Source: Acidimicrobiia bacterium
GTDB taxonomy: Bacteria; Actinomycetota; Acidimicrobiia; Acidimicrobiales; AC-14
Direction of reading: 5' to 3'
Length of the DNA: 64,000 nt
Assembly: GCA_023264995.1 (NCBI GenBank)
Contig: JAHFUR010000014.1
Location: 32,453-96,452 of the forward strand
How positions within the stretch are numbered: position 1 is the stretch's first letter; every line of letters starts with the position of its first letter. Positions 1 through 12,903 of this stretch are shown piece by piece. The translations under genes and the position numbers were made by a program. The notes below the pieces were generated by a model, which did not search any database, was not told the origin of the DNA, and saw nothing but the letters and a program-made list of their open reading frames with translations.

Positions 1-2
1 TC

Positions 3-365
3 CGCCGGGCCCGCCGGCGGTCGTCGCTCTCCCAGGCCGACAAGGAGCACCTCCACCACCGCCTGATGCGCCAGGGCCACGGGCAGCGCCGGTCCGTGCT
101 CATCCTGTGGGCCTGGACGGCCATCCTGTCGGGCGTCGTCCTCCTCCCCACCTACACCAACCAGGGCAACGCGGTGGTGCCGTTCGTCGTGGCCGGGCTG
201 GCCGTCTTGCTCTACACCCTCTTCCACCCGGGTGTCCGCCAGACGGCCCGCCAGCTGGCCGAGGAAGCCGACGATTCGTCGGTCTGGCCGAAGCCACCCA
301 CCCCGGAGCCGGCGCGCCCGGGCGAGCCGCCACCCAGCTTGCAGCGACGGCAAGGTTTCCCGTAG
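3..365 (+). CDS. 3' end (5'-truncated by window edge) of a WecA/MraY-family polyprenyl-phosphate N-acetylhexosamine-1-phosphate transferase
   Basis: Frame 3 reads ...SQADKEHLHHRLMRQGHGQRRSVLILWAWTAILSGVVLL..., the conserved D+xHxHHRL..GxxxR+xV tail plus terminal TM helices of this family. It sits directly upstream of the atp operon, as rfe/wecA does in other actinobacteria. Confidence 0.6.
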   Translation, partial: RRARRRSSLSQADKEHLHHRLMRQGHGQRRSVLILWAWTAILSGVVLLPTYTNQGNAVVPFVVAGLAVLLYTLFHPGVRQTARQLAEEADDSSVWPKPPTPEPARPGEPPPSLQRRQGFP

Positions 366-397
366 ATTGCGCGCAGATTCACAAGCGAAGGGGTCTG

Positions 398-694
398 GTG
401 GAACTGCGTGAGAAGGTAGCCGGGCTGGCCCGCGTTGCCGTCGCGCCCCAAACCGACCTCTACAACGGCGCCGGCGAGGGCATGTCCCGGGCCTTCGAGC
501 TGGCCATCACCCCGGCCATCATCGGCGGCCTGGGCTACCTGCTCGACCGGTGGTTGGGCCTGGTCCCCGTGCTCACCATCATCTTCTTCCTCATGGGCGT
601 GGTCGGTGTGGTCGCCCGCATGTACTACGGCTACGACGCCCGCATGAAGGAACACGAGGCGGCCGGCCCGTGGGCCGACAAGGCTGCGTCATGA
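398..694 (+). CDS. Small AtpZ-like two-TM membrane protein preceding the ATP synthase operon (start uncertain: GTG 398 or ATG 482)
   Basis: ...MSRAFELAITPAIIGGLGYLLDRWLGLVPVLTIIFFLMGVVGVVARMYYGY forms two hydrophobic helices. The stop overlaps the next start (ATGA at 691-694). The rest of the 195-aa track ORF upstream is Arg/Pro/Gly-rich junk. Confidence 0.55.
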   Translation: MELREKVAGLARVAVAPQTDLYNGAGEGMSRAFELAITPAIIGGLGYLLDRWLGLVPVLTIIFFLMGVVGVVARMYYGYDARMKEHEAAGPWADKAAS

Positions 695-1169
695 CGGCCG
701 ACGTCGGCCGCAGGGCCGCCAAGGACAACCTCTTCACTGCCGACCCCGGCCCGGCCGTCGAGGCCCAGATCACCGCGGACATGGCCCGGCGCATGGTGCC
801 CGTCCTGCCGGTCCTGGTCCTGGCCGCCGGCCTCATATGGGGCGCCGACGGGGCCGTCTCGGCCGCCTTCGCCGTGGCGCTTGTTCTCGGCAACCTGGCC
901 CTTTCGGCCGCGCTCCTCGGCTGGGCGGCCCGCATCAGCCTCCCGCTGCTGATGGCCGCCGCCCTGGGCGGGTTCGCCATGCGGCTGTTCCTGATCACCG
1001 CCATCTTCCTTCTGGTCAAGGACCAGCCCTGGGTCGACGTTCCCGCCCTCGGCTTCAGCCTGATCATCACCCATCTCGGCCTGCTCATCTGGGAGACCCG
1101 TCACGTGTCGGCGTCGCTGGCCTTCCCCGGTCTCAAGCCCACCCCGTCCAAGCTCGCAGGAGGGCGTCG

Positions 1170-1173
<4 letters not shown>
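691..1173 (+). CDS. atpI: ATP synthase protein I (AtpI-like, 4 TM)
   Basis: 160 aa, hydrophobic (..VPVLPVLVLAAGLIWG..LVLGNLALSAALLGWAA..FLITAIFLLVKDQPW..GFSLIITHLGLLIWE). It lies immediately upstream of atpB and is coupled on both sides. Confidence 0.6.
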
Positions 1174-2250
<1,077 letters not shown>

Positions 2251-2260
2251 GGAGGGTTCC

Positions 2261-2821
2261 ATGATGCTGCTGACAGCCCTCCTCCGGTTCGCACCGGAGG
2301 CCCCGGGGGCCGTGGCCGAGAAGACCACGAACCCCATCCTCCCGGCCACCAACGAGATCATCTGGGGTGCGATCTCGTTCACCGTGCTCTTCGTGCTCAT
2401 CTCCAAGTTCGCCTACCCGGCGGTCAAGAAGGGCATCGACGCGCGGGCCGAGAAGATCAAGGGCAGCCTCGACGAGGCCGAGCGGACCCGCGAAGAGGCC
2501 AACGGCATCCTCGACGAGTACCGCCGCCAGCTGGCCGACGCCAAGAACGAGTCGGCCCGCATCATCGAGGAAGCTCGCCAGTCGGCCGACAAGCTCCGCC
2601 AGGACCTCAAGAAGCAGGCCGAGGCCGAGGTGGCCGAGATCAAGGCCCGGGCCCAGGACGACATCTCCGCCCAGGTTGAGCGGGCCATGGGCGACCTGCG
2701 CGCTCGCGTGGCCGACATGACCATCGAGCTCACCGAGAAGGTCGTCCAGCGCAACCTCGACCGGGAGACCAACCTGGCCCTGATCGAGCGCTTCATCGAC
2801 GAAGCTGGCAATGCGGCCTGA
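2261..2821 (+). CDS. atpF: F0 ATP synthase subunit b
   Basis: One N-terminal TM helix followed by a long charged coiled coil (EEANGILDEYRRQLADAKNESARIIEEARQ...). Position is between atpE and atpH. Confidence 0.85.
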   Translation: MMLLTALLRFAPEAPGAVAEKTTNPILPATNEIIWGAISFTVLFVLISKFAYPAVKKGIDARAEKIKGSLDEAERTREEANGILDEYRRQLADAKNESARIIEEARQSADKLRQDLKKQAEAEVAEIKARAQDDISAQVERAMGDLRARVADMTIELTEKVVQRNLDRETNLALIERFIDEAGNAA

Positions 2822-2826
2822 CGATC

Positions 2827-3360
2827 ATGCAGCCTGAGCAGATCACCGGGTACGCCGCGGCCCTGTTCGAGGTGGCGCGCGCCGAAGGGGCGCTGGGTGT
2901 GGTCGAGGAGGAGCTGTTCAACCTCTCCCACGTCCTGAGCTCCTCCGACGAGCTGCGGTCCACCCTCACCGACGCCGCAATTCCGGCCGAGAAGCGCCAG
3001 GAGATCATCATCGACCTCCTGGGCAAGGGCCGGACGACACCGATCACCACCAGCCTGGTGTCGTTCATCGTCGGCGCCGGCCACGCCCGTGACCTGCCGG
3101 CCATCATCTCCAGCCTGGTCGAGCGGGCCGCCTCGGACCGCAAGCACGCGGTCGCCGAGGTGCGTTCGGCCGTCCCCCTCGACGAGAACCAGCGCACCCG
3201 CCTGGCCCGCGCCCTGTCCAAGAACCTGGGCAAGGAGGTCGAGGTCAAGGTGCACGTCGACCCCTCCGTCCTCGGCGGCCTGTCGGCCCGGGTGGGCGAC
3301 GTGGTCATCGACGGCACCGTCCGTCACCGGCTCGACCAGTTGAAGGAAACCATTCGATGA
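2827..3360 (+). CDS. atpH: F1 ATP synthase subunit delta (OSCP)
   Basis: 177 aa with the C-terminal ...[31 protein letters not shown] signature of delta/OSCP. The stop overlaps the atpA ATG. Confidence 0.85.
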   Translation: MQPEQITGYAAALFEVARAEGALGVVEEELFNLSHVLSSSDELRSTLTDAAIPAEKRQEIIIDLLGKGRTTPITTSLVSFIVGAGHARDLPAIISSLVERAASDRKHAVAEVRSAVPLDENQRTRLARALSKNLGKEVEVKVHVDPSVLGGLSARVGDVVIDGTVRHRLDQLKETIR

Positions 3361-4943
3361 GCGACACGACCGTCTCGAGCAGCGCCGCTTCGAACAGCGC
3401 CGCCTTCACCTTCTCCCCGGACGACATCACCAGCGTCCTGCGCAAGCACCTCGACGGGTTCACGCCCAGCCTGGAGCGCCAGCAGGTCGGCCAGATCGTC
3501 GAGGTCGGTGACGGCATCGCCCGCATCTCGGGCCTGCCCAACACCTCGGTCAACGAGCTGCTGGAGTTCGAGGGCGGCACCCTGGGCCTGGCCCTGAACC
3601 TCGACGAGGAGTCCATCGGCGCCGTCGTCCTGGGCGAGATGGGCCACATCGAGGACGGCCAGGCCGTCAGCGCCACCGGCCGCATCCTCTCCGTCCCCGT
3701 CGGCGACGGCCTGCTCGGCCGGGTGGTCGACGCCCTGGGCCAGCCCCTCGACGGCAAGGGCCCCATCAACACCACCGAGTCCCGGCGTCTCGAGATCCAG
3801 GCCCCCGGCGTGGTCGACCGCCAGCCGGTGAAGGAGCCCCTCCAGACCGGCATCAAGTCCATCGATGCCATGACCCCGGTGGGCCGGGGCCAGCGGGAGC
3901 TGATCATCGGTGACCGCAAGACGGGCAAGACCGCCGTCGCCATCGACACGATCATCAACCAGCGCGGCCAGGGCGTGAAGTGCATCTACGTCGCCATCGG
4001 CCAGAAGAACTCCACCGTGGCCGAAGTCGTCGCCTCCCTCGAGGAGTACGGCGCCATGGAGTACACGGTCGTGGTCAACGCCCCCTCGGGCGAGCCGGCG
4101 CCGTTCAAGTACCTGGCCCCCTACTCGGGCGCGGCCATGGGCTCGCACTGGATGGAGAAGGGCGACGCCGCCCTCGTGGTCTACGACGACCTGTCCAAGC
4201 AGGCCGAGGCCTACCGCCAGCTCTCCCTGCTCCTGCGCCGGCCCCCGGGCCGCGAGGCCTACCCGGGCGACGTGTTCTACCTCCACAGCCGCCTGCTCGA
4301 GCGCTCGGCCAAGCTCTCCAAGGAGCTGGGCGGCGGCTCGCTCACCGCCCTCCCCATCATCGAGACCAAAGAGGGCGACGTCTCGGCCTACATCCCCACC
4401 AACGTGATCTCGATCACCGACGGCCAGATCTACCTCCAGACCGACCTGTTCCGCTCCGGCGTGCGGCCGGCGGTCGACGTGGGCATCTCGGTCTCCAGGG
4501 TGGGCGGCAGCGCCCAGATCAAGGCCATGAAGGCGGTGGCCGGCACGCTCAAGCTCGACCTGGCCCAGTTCCGCGAGCTCGAGGCCTTCGCCAGCTTCGG
4601 CTCCGAGCTCGACAAGCTCTCCCAGGCCCAGCTCGACCGGGGCTACAAGCTCACCGAGCTGCTCAAGCAGGGCCTGCATGCCCCGCTGAAGGTCGAGGAG
4701 CAGGTCGTGTCCATCTACGCCGGCACGAAGGGCTACCTCGACGACATCCCCACCTCCGACGTGGGCCGGTACGAGTCGGAGCTGCTCGATGAGTTCCGCA
4801 GCCGCTACTCGGACATCATGAACCACATCCGGACCACCGGTACCCTGCCCGACGACGCCCAGATGCGGGCGGCCATGCAGGGGTTCAAGGACCGCTTCCA
4901 GACCACGAGCACTCTGGTGGGCACGACGGTCGAGGGGAAGTAG
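3357..4943 (+). CDS. atpA: F1 ATP synthase subunit alpha
   Basis: Walker A GDRKTGKT; ...[22 protein letters not shown]...[10 protein letters not shown].. is diagnostic of alpha. Confidence 0.97.
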   Translation: MSDTTVSSSAASNSAAFTFSPDDITSVLRKHLDGFTPSLERQQVGQIVEVGDGIARISGLPNTSVNELLEFEGGTLGLALNLDEESIGAVVLGEMGHIEDGQAVSATGRILSVPVGDGLLGRVVDALGQPLDGKGPINTTESRRLEIQAPGVVDRQPVKEPLQTGIKSIDAMTPVGRGQRELIIGDRKTGKTAVAIDTIINQRGQGVKCIYVAIGQKNSTVAEVVASLEEYGAMEYTVVVNAPSGEPAPFKYLAPYSGAAMGSHWMEKGDAALVVYDDLSKQAEAYRQLSLLLRRPPGREAYPGDVFYLHSRLLERSAKLSKELGGGSLTALPIIETKEGDVSAYIPTNVISITDGQIYLQTDLFRSGVRPAVDVGISVSRVGGSAQIKAMKAVAGTLKLDLAQFRELEAFASFGSELDKLSQAQLDRGYKLTELLKQGLHAPLKVEEQVVSIYAGTKGYLDDIPTSDVGRYESELLDEFRSRYSDIMNHIRTTGTLPDDAQMRAAMQGFKDRFQTTSTLVGTTVEGK

Positions 4944-4946
4944 CCC

Positions 4947-7455
<2,509 letters not shown>

Positions 7456-7830
7456 ATGACGCTCCAGGTCGAGCTGGTCTCGCCCGAGCGCATCCTCTAC
7501 TCGGGCGAGGCCGACATGGTGGTGTGCCGCACCGCCGGCGGGGGCGAGATCGCCTTCCTCACCGGCCACGCCCCGTTCCTGGGCGCCCTCGACACCGGTG
7601 TCGTGCGGGTCAAGACCGCCGCCGGCGACCAGGTCGCGGCCGTCCACGGTGGCTTTGTCGAGGTCCGGGACAACCGGGTGATCATCCTCTCCGACGTGGC
7701 CGAGCTGGCCGCCGACATCGACGTCGCCCGGGCCCAGCGGGCCAAGGACGCCGCCGCCGGCGACGAGGACGAGGCCGTCGCCGCCCGGGCCCGAGCCGAA
7801 GCCCGCCTCAACGCCGCCGCCCGCGCGTAG
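7456..7830 (+). CDS. atpC: F1 ATP synthase subunit epsilon
   Basis: MTLQVELVSPERILYSGEADMVVCRTAGGGEIAFLTGHAPFL... is a typical epsilon beta-sandwich followed by a helical tail. It is the last gene of the operon. Confidence 0.9.
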   Translation: MTLQVELVSPERILYSGEADMVVCRTAGGGEIAFLTGHAPFLGALDTGVVRVKTAAGDQVAAVHGGFVEVRDNRVIILSDVAELAADIDVARAQRAKDAAAGDEDEAVAARARAEARLNAAARA

Positions 7831-7924
7831 CCCCCCGTTCTTTGTCCGCTGCACGACATCAGCGGTAGCTGAGCGGGCGGTCCGGGTACGTGGTGGCCAC
7901 GGTGGCGGGGGAGCTGGCCGCGGC

Positions 7925-8758
7925 ATGGGCCGCGTGAGGCTGGGCGTCGCCCTCCTCCTGCCGGCGCCGGCCGCCGCCGAGGTCGACGGGTTGCGGCGGG
8001 CGCTGGGCGACGGTGCCCTCGGGCGCATGCCGGCCCACCTCACCCTCGTGCCGCCGGTGAACGTGCGGGAGGACCGTCTCGGGGCGGCGCTCACCGTGCT
8101 CCGTACCGCGGCCGCGGCCACCCGCCCGTTCACCGTCGCCCTGGGCCCGCCGGCCACCTTCCTGCCCGACAACCCCACCGTGCACCTGGCGGTCGACGAC
8201 AACGGCGGCGCCGTCCGGGCCCTTCGCGACCGGGTGTTCACTGACCCGCTGGCCCGCCCGTTGACCTGGCCGTTCGTCCCCCATGTCACGCTGGCCGACG
8301 GTGCCTCACCCGAGCGGGTGGCGGCCGCGCTTGCGGCCCTGGCTGACTTTGCCATCGAGGTCGCCTTCGCCCGTGTGCACCTGCTGCGGGAAGGGCCGGG
8401 CCGGGTCTGGGCCCCCATCGCTGATGCCGCCTTTGCCGCCCCGGCCGTGATCGGGCGGGGTGGGCTGCCGCTGGAGCTGACGGTCAGCCAGGAGCCCGAC
8501 CCGCAGGCCGCCCGTCTCGGCCCGACCAGGCTGGTGGTGACGGCCCGGGCCGACGGCAACGTCGCCGGCTACGCCGAAGGGTGGTGCGCTGGCCCGGCCG
8601 CGCACCTCGCCTGGCTCGCAGTGGCCGACGATGCCGGCCACCTCGGTGTCGCCGGCCACCTGGTCGCCGCCTTCCGGTCCGAAGCCGCGGCCCGAGGCTG
8701 CGACCGGTTCACGCAGGGCCCCGCCGTCGGCGATAAGGGTGACTGGGGTAGCGTGTGA
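7925..8758 (+). CDS. 2H phosphoesterase (LigT/2'-5' RNA ligase-like) fused to a short GNAT-like C-terminal region
   Basis: Two HxT motifs (PAHLTL, PHVTL) at the spacing expected for the 2H fold. The last ~100 aa (..VVTARADGNVAGYAEGW..HLAWLAVADDAGHLGVAGHLV..) look like a partial acetyltransferase fold. Confidence 0.6.
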   Translation: MGRVRLGVALLLPAPAAAEVDGLRRALGDGALGRMPAHLTLVPPVNVREDRLGAALTVLRTAAAATRPFTVALGPPATFLPDNPTVHLAVDDNGGAVRALRDRVFTDPLARPLTWPFVPHVTLADGASPERVAAALAALADFAIEVAFARVHLLREGPGRVWAPIADAAFAAPAVIGRGGLPLELTVSQEPDPQAARLGPTRLVVTARADGNVAGYAEGWCAGPAAHLAWLAVADDAGHLGVAGHLVAAFRSEAAARGCDRFTQGPAVGDKGDWGSV

Positions 8759-8789
8759 TGCGGCAGAACGGCTCCTGAAGCGGTACCAC

Positions 8790-9869
8790 GTGCGGAACAG
8801 AACCCCTCGAACCCTCCTCCTCGCCCCGATGGCGGCGGCGCTCTCGCTCTTGGGCAGCGCCGTGGGGGCCGCGGCGCAGGTCGGGCCGCCAGCGACGACC
8901 AGCACGGTGGCGCCGGTCATCACCGTGCCCCTGGCCACACCGTCCACGACCGCGGTCGCCACCCGTCTCATCCCAGTCCCCCAGGAGACCAAGATCGTGG
9001 TCGACCCGGCCCGTCCCGGGTCGCCCACCTCGACCACGCCGCCGGCCGCCGGCTCGACCACGCCGGCGCCGAGCCTCAGCTCCGGCCAGGTCGACGTGGT
9101 CCTGCGCGACCAGCAACGGTCCGGCGCCAGCACCACGGCCGCCCTGGTGGAGGCGCTGAAGCCCCTGCAGAGCGTCGGCATGACCTTGCCCGAGGCATTG
9201 GCCCTGGGCATGGGCCAGTTCCCGGTCCTGGGCGTGGCCAACTGGACCGACGACTGGCTCGACCCCCGCGACGGGCCGCCGCCCCACCAGCACCAGGGCA
9301 CCGACGTGTTCTCGGCCTTCGACACCCCGGTACGGGCGCCGGTCGACGGCGTCGTGCGCTTCGAGGACGCCGGCCTGGGGGGCAAGGGCGCCTTCGTCAC
9401 CGCACCAGACGGCACCTACTACTACATGGCCCATCTGCGGGGCTTCGCCGCCGGCCTGGGGAACGGCAGCCCGGTGACGCAGGGCCAGGTCGTCGGCTAC
9501 AACGGGGACAGTGGCAACGCCCAGGGCGGGCCGCCCCACGTGCACTTCGAGGTCCACCCGGGCGGGGGGGCGGCAGTGAACCCGAAGCCCTTCCTCGACG
9601 CGTGGCTGGCCGCGGCGCTGGCCCGGGCGCCCGGGCTGGTCGCCTCGTTCCAGCCCACGCCGGCCGCCGACGGCACCGCCGGCGCCGACATCGACGGGGG
9701 CATCCCCCAGATCCTGGTCGCGACCGGCCTGACCCGGCGGTTCTCGGCGCCGACCGCCCGAGCCCCCGAGCACGAGCAACCGGCCGGCGATGCCATCCGC
9801 GCCCTGCTCGGCCCGCTCACGCCGACCGTGCTCGCCCCTGTGTTCGACCCGGCCCGCAACGACAAGTAG
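8790..9869 (+). CDS. Secreted M23 family metallopeptidase
   Basis: GTG 8790 gives the signal peptide VRNRTPRTLLLAPMAAALSLLGSAVGAAAQ. Motifs HQHQGTDVF...APVDGVV...GDSGNAQGGPPHVHFEVH (HxxxD and HxH of LytM/M23). Track ORF 8631.. extends back into the previous gene. Confidence 0.8.
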   Translation: MRNRTPRTLLLAPMAAALSLLGSAVGAAAQVGPPATTSTVAPVITVPLATPSTTAVATRLIPVPQETKIVVDPARPGSPTSTTPPAAGSTTPAPSLSSGQVDVVLRDQQRSGASTTAALVEALKPLQSVGMTLPEALALGMGQFPVLGVANWTDDWLDPRDGPPPHQHQGTDVFSAFDTPVRAPVDGVVRFEDAGLGGKGAFVTAPDGTYYYMAHLRGFAAGLGNGSPVTQGQVVGYNGDSGNAQGGPPHVHFEVHPGGGAAVNPKPFLDAWLAAALARAPGLVASFQPTPAADGTAGADIDGGIPQILVATGLTRRFSAPTARAPEHEQPAGDAIRALLGPLTPTVLAPVFDPARNDK

Positions 9870-9880
9870 CCCGCCCGGCG

Positions 9881-9930
9881 CTTCTTTGTCCCCTCCGCCT
9901 ACCTCTGCGGTCGCTGAGCGGACGAAGAAG
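9881..9930 (+). terminator. Hairpin between convergent M23 and glpX genes
   Basis: CTTCTTTGTCC (9881-9891) pairs with GGACGAAGAAG (9920-9930): 11 bp with one G.U on the + RNA. There is an inner CCGC/GCGG stem and no U-tract. Confidence 0.45.
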
Positions 9931-9940
9931 CCGGCTCGCC

Positions 9941-10936
9941 TCAGTCGAAGGCGACGGAGGAGAACTGGGCGATCTTGTGCAGGGGGTGGCGGGCGCTGAT
10001 GCTGCGCACCGTGCCCGACTTCGACCGCATGACCAGCGACTGGGTGCTGGCCCCGTTGCTGTCGTAGTGGACGCCCCGGAGCAGCTCGCCGTCGGTGACG
10101 CCGGTGGCGGCGAAGAAGCAGTTGTCGCCCGAGACGAGATCGTCGGTGAAGATGACCTTGTCGAGGTCGAAGCCGGCGGCCAGCACGTTCTCGCGCTCGG
10201 CGTCGCTGCGGGGGGCGAGGCGGGCCTGGATCTCGCCACCCATGCACTTGAGGGCGGCGGCGCTGATCACGCCCTCGGGCGTGCCGCCCACGCCGAAGAG
10301 GATGTCGGCGCCGGCCTCGGGCCACCCGGTGGAGATGGCGCCGGCCACGTCGCCGTCCTGGATGAGGCGGATCCGGGCGCCAGCGGCGCGGATCTCGGCG
10401 ATGAGCGCGTTGTGCCGGGGCCGGTCGAGGACGACTGCGGTCAGGTCCTTGACCGGCTTCCTCAGGGCTGACGCCACCGAGTTGAGGTTCTCGGTGGGCG
10501 ACTTGGTGATGTCGATGGACCCGGCGGCCTCGGCGCCGACGGCCAGCTTGTCCATGTAGAAGCAGGGGCCGGGGTCGAACATGGTGCCGCGACCGCTGAC
10601 GGCGATCACGCAGAGGGCGTTGCCGCGGCCCAGGGCCGTCAGCGTGGTGCCCTCCAGGGGGTCGACGGCGATGTCGGTCTCCGGCTGCGAGCCGTCGCCG
10701 ACCCGCTCGCCGTTGTACAGCATGGGGGCGTCGTCCTTCTCGCCCTCGCCGATCACGATGATGCCGTCCATCTGCACGGTGGCGAGGACGACGCGCATTG
10801 CCTCGGTGGCCGCCCCGTCGGCGCCTTCCTTGTCGCCTCTGCCCATCCAGCGGGCGGCGGCCAGGGCGGCGGCCTCGGTCACCCGCACCAGTTCCATGGC
10901 CAGGTTGCGGTCGGGGGGCTGGGGGTGAGCGCTCAT
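9941..10936 (-). CDS. glpX: Class II fructose-1,6-bisphosphatase
   Basis: [36 protein letters not shown]...[17 protein letters not shown]... is near-identical in pattern to mycobacterial GlpX. Confidence 0.93.
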   Translation of the reverse strand: MSAHPQPPDRNLAMELVRVTEAAALAAARWMGRGDKEGADGAATEAMRVVLATVQMDGIIVIGEGEKDDAPMLYNGERVGDGSQPETDIAVDPLEGTTLTALGRGNALCVIAVSGRGTMFDPGPCFYMDKLAVGAEAAGSIDITKSPTENLNSVASALRKPVKDLTAVVLDRPRHNALIAEIRAAGARIRLIQDGDVAGAISTGWPEAGADILFGVGGTPEGVISAAALKCMGGEIQARLAPRSDAERENVLAAGFDLDKVIFTDDLVSGDNCFFAATGVTDGELLRGVHYDSNGASTQSLVMRSKSGTVRSISARHPLHKIAQFSSVAFD

Positions 10937-11023
10937 GACGGGCACCCTATCTCGGCATGGGAGGCGGGCGGCGACTCGGTGCGGGCGGGGCTACGCTCCG
11001 GCGGTGGCCGGGACGAACGGGAG

Positions 11024-11644
11024 ATGACCTCCTACTGTCCCCGGTGCGGCGCCCGGTTCCGCGAGGAGCTGGCCATGGAGATGGCGCGGACCTCGTTCCG
11101 GTGCGACGACTGCGGGCTGGCCGTGGCCGACCCGCCGGCCATGCTGGCGCCCACCAGCCCCGAGGAGGAGGTCGAGTACGACCTCGGCCAGTGGGAGAGC
11201 AGCGAGCGGGCCTCGGCGACGACCGCCCTCGTCGAGGCCGACATCCCCTACCGCTGGCACCCGGACCTGGTGCTGGTCGTGCCCGCCGTCGCCGAGGAGG
11301 AGGTCGACCTCCTGCTCGACGAGCTGGGTGAGGTCGACGAGCTGGCCGAGGACGACGGTGATGCCGACGGCGGCGCCGATGCCCAGGCGGCGATGAGCGA
11401 CCTGTTCGTGGCCGCCGACCGGCTCCAGCACGACCCGACCGACGTCGGGCTGGTGGCCGACGTGCTCGAGGCGGCGCTGACGGTCGACGCCTGCCTCCCG
11501 CCCTATGGCATCGAGCGCCCGGTCTGGAAGCGGATCCAGTCCTTGGCGGCGACGTTGGCGGCCGACCTGGAGGAGGCGGCCGACGAGGACACGGTGGCGG
11601 CCGACGCCCGGGCGGTGCGTGAGTACCTGCGCGACCTGGTGTAG
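11024..11644 (+). CDS. Hypothetical acidic protein with N-terminal CxxC..CxxC zinc ribbon
   Basis: MTSYCPRCGARFRE...FRCDDCGLAV followed by a highly acidic helical region. GGGAG Shine-Dalgarno before ATG 11024. No family recognised. Confidence 0.5.
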   Translation: MTSYCPRCGARFREELAMEMARTSFRCDDCGLAVADPPAMLAPTSPEEEVEYDLGQWESSERASATTALVEADIPYRWHPDLVLVVPAVAEEEVDLLLDELGEVDELAEDDGDADGGADAQAAMSDLFVAADRLQHDPTDVGLVADVLEAALTVDACLPPYGIERPVWKRIQSLAATLAADLEEAADEDTVAADARAVREYLRDLV

Positions 11645-11653
11645 CCAACTCCG

Positions 11654-12370
11654 ATGCTGCTGGCCGAGATCGAGATCCGCCACTCGCGCGCCGTCGCCCC
11701 GACGCGCCGGGTGGCCCTCGGGCCGCACTGGCTGCCCACCGAGCCGTCGCCGGGCTATGGAGGCATCCTCCTCGGCGGCATCGTCGCCGCCCACCTGGGC
11801 GAGGTCGACCCTGAGCTGCGCGAGGAGTTCCTCGTCCTCGTCGACGACCTCGACGCCGACCGGCGCATCTCCCAGCCCCGGCTGCGCCACCGGTTCCAGA
11901 CCGACGTCGTCGGGCTCGACCGCAGCCGCCACAAGCTGGTCGGCCACCCCGACGACCTGGTCATGGCCGACGTGCGGTTCGAGCTGGAGGGCAACGGGCG
12001 CCCGGAGCCGCAGATCCTGGGTGCGGTCTACGCCGCGGCCCGCCTCCATGCCGACGCCCGGCCTCGGGTGTTCGCCGCCATCCGCAAGGCCACCATGTGG
12101 GAGGACGGGCCGACACCGCAACTGGTGACCTTCCTCACCGACCTCACCAATGTGCCGCCGGCGTGGTGGCGCCGGTTCTCCACCGACGAGCGCTGGGCCC
12201 TGGAGGTCCTCGGCTTCGGCCCGGACGCCGACCAGCCCGGCCGCGACGAGGTGCAGCAACGGTTCCGGAGCCTGTTGCGGGAGTCCCACCCCGACCACGG
12301 CGCCGAGCACGAGGGCGCCGGCCAGCGCATCCTCGAGCTCACCGAAGCGCGTCGTATCCTCCTGCCATGA
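11654..12370 (+). CDS. Hypothetical protein with C-terminal J domain (HPD motif)
   Basis: C-terminus is ..ERWALEVLGFGPDADQPGRDEVQQRFRSLLRESHPDHGAEHEGAGQRILELTEARRILL, i.e. J-domain helices II/III with HPD. The N-terminal ~170 aa are unassigned. Confidence 0.55.
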   Translation: MLLAEIEIRHSRAVAPTRRVALGPHWLPTEPSPGYGGILLGGIVAAHLGEVDPELREEFLVLVDDLDADRRISQPRLRHRFQTDVVGLDRSRHKLVGHPDDLVMADVRFELEGNGRPEPQILGAVYAAARLHADARPRVFAAIRKATMWEDGPTPQLVTFLTDLTNVPPAWWRRFSTDERWALEVLGFGPDADQPGRDEVQQRFRSLLRESHPDHGAEHEGAGQRILELTEARRILLP

Positions 12371-12903
12371 GCGGTCCGGCCGTCCTGCTGACCCCGGGCG
12401 CCAGCGCCACGCGCGACCACCCGGCGCTGGTGGCCCTCGACCGGGCATTGTCCGCCGAGGGGACCACCGTGGCCCGGATCGACCTGCCCTCGTCGCGGCC
12501 CGGGCCGAAGGTCCTGGCCGCCATCGCCGCCGGCGCGGCATCGCTGGCGCCGGCGGCCGTCGTACTCGGCGGCCGCTCGTTCGGCGGCCGCATGTGCTCG
12601 GTGGCCGTGGCCGAAGGGCTGCCGGCGGTCGGCCTGGTGCTGCTCAGCTACCCGCTGCACCCGCCGGGGCGGCCCGAGACCATGCGGGTGGACCACTTCC
12701 CGCGGCTCACGGTGCCGTGCCTGTTCGTGTCGGGTACCCGCGACGCGTTCGCCACGCCGGCCGAGCTGGAGGCGGCGACGGCGGCGATCCCGGGGCCGGT
12801 GGCCCACGTGTGGGTCGATGGTGGCGACCACGGGATGCGGGGCAAGGACCGCCAGGTGTGCGAGGCGGTCACGGAGTGGGTCAGGGCCCAAGCGGCCCCT
12901 TGA
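12367..12903 (+). CDS. Small alpha/beta hydrolase (KANL3/Tex30-like, dienelactone-hydrolase-type)
   Basis: The ATG overlaps the previous stop (ATGA). Nucleophile elbow GGRSFGG, then ..LFVSGTRDAF.. and ..GGDHGM. Confidence 0.65.
   Translation: MSGPAVLLTPGASATRDHPALVALDRALSAEGTTVARIDLPSSRPGPKVLAAIAAGAASLAPAAVVLGGRSFGGRMCSVAVAEGLPAVGLVLLSYPLHPPGRPETMRVDHFPRLTVPCLFVSGTRDAFATPAELEAATAAIPGPVAHVWVDGGDHGMRGKDRQVCEAVTEWVRAQAAP

Noticed and set aside
8631-8789. Upstream extension of the M23 peptidase ORF (and similar extensions 29500-30483 for ligA, 22159-22224 for glgB, 12097-12366 for the hydrolase, 26296-26763 for the Zn-ribbon gene, 27303-27383 for its neighbour)
   Set aside because: The extensions overlap the preceding, well-supported genes or intergenic hairpins. 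They translate to low-complexity Arg/Pro/Ala sequence, and internal starts give canonical N-termini or signal peptides.
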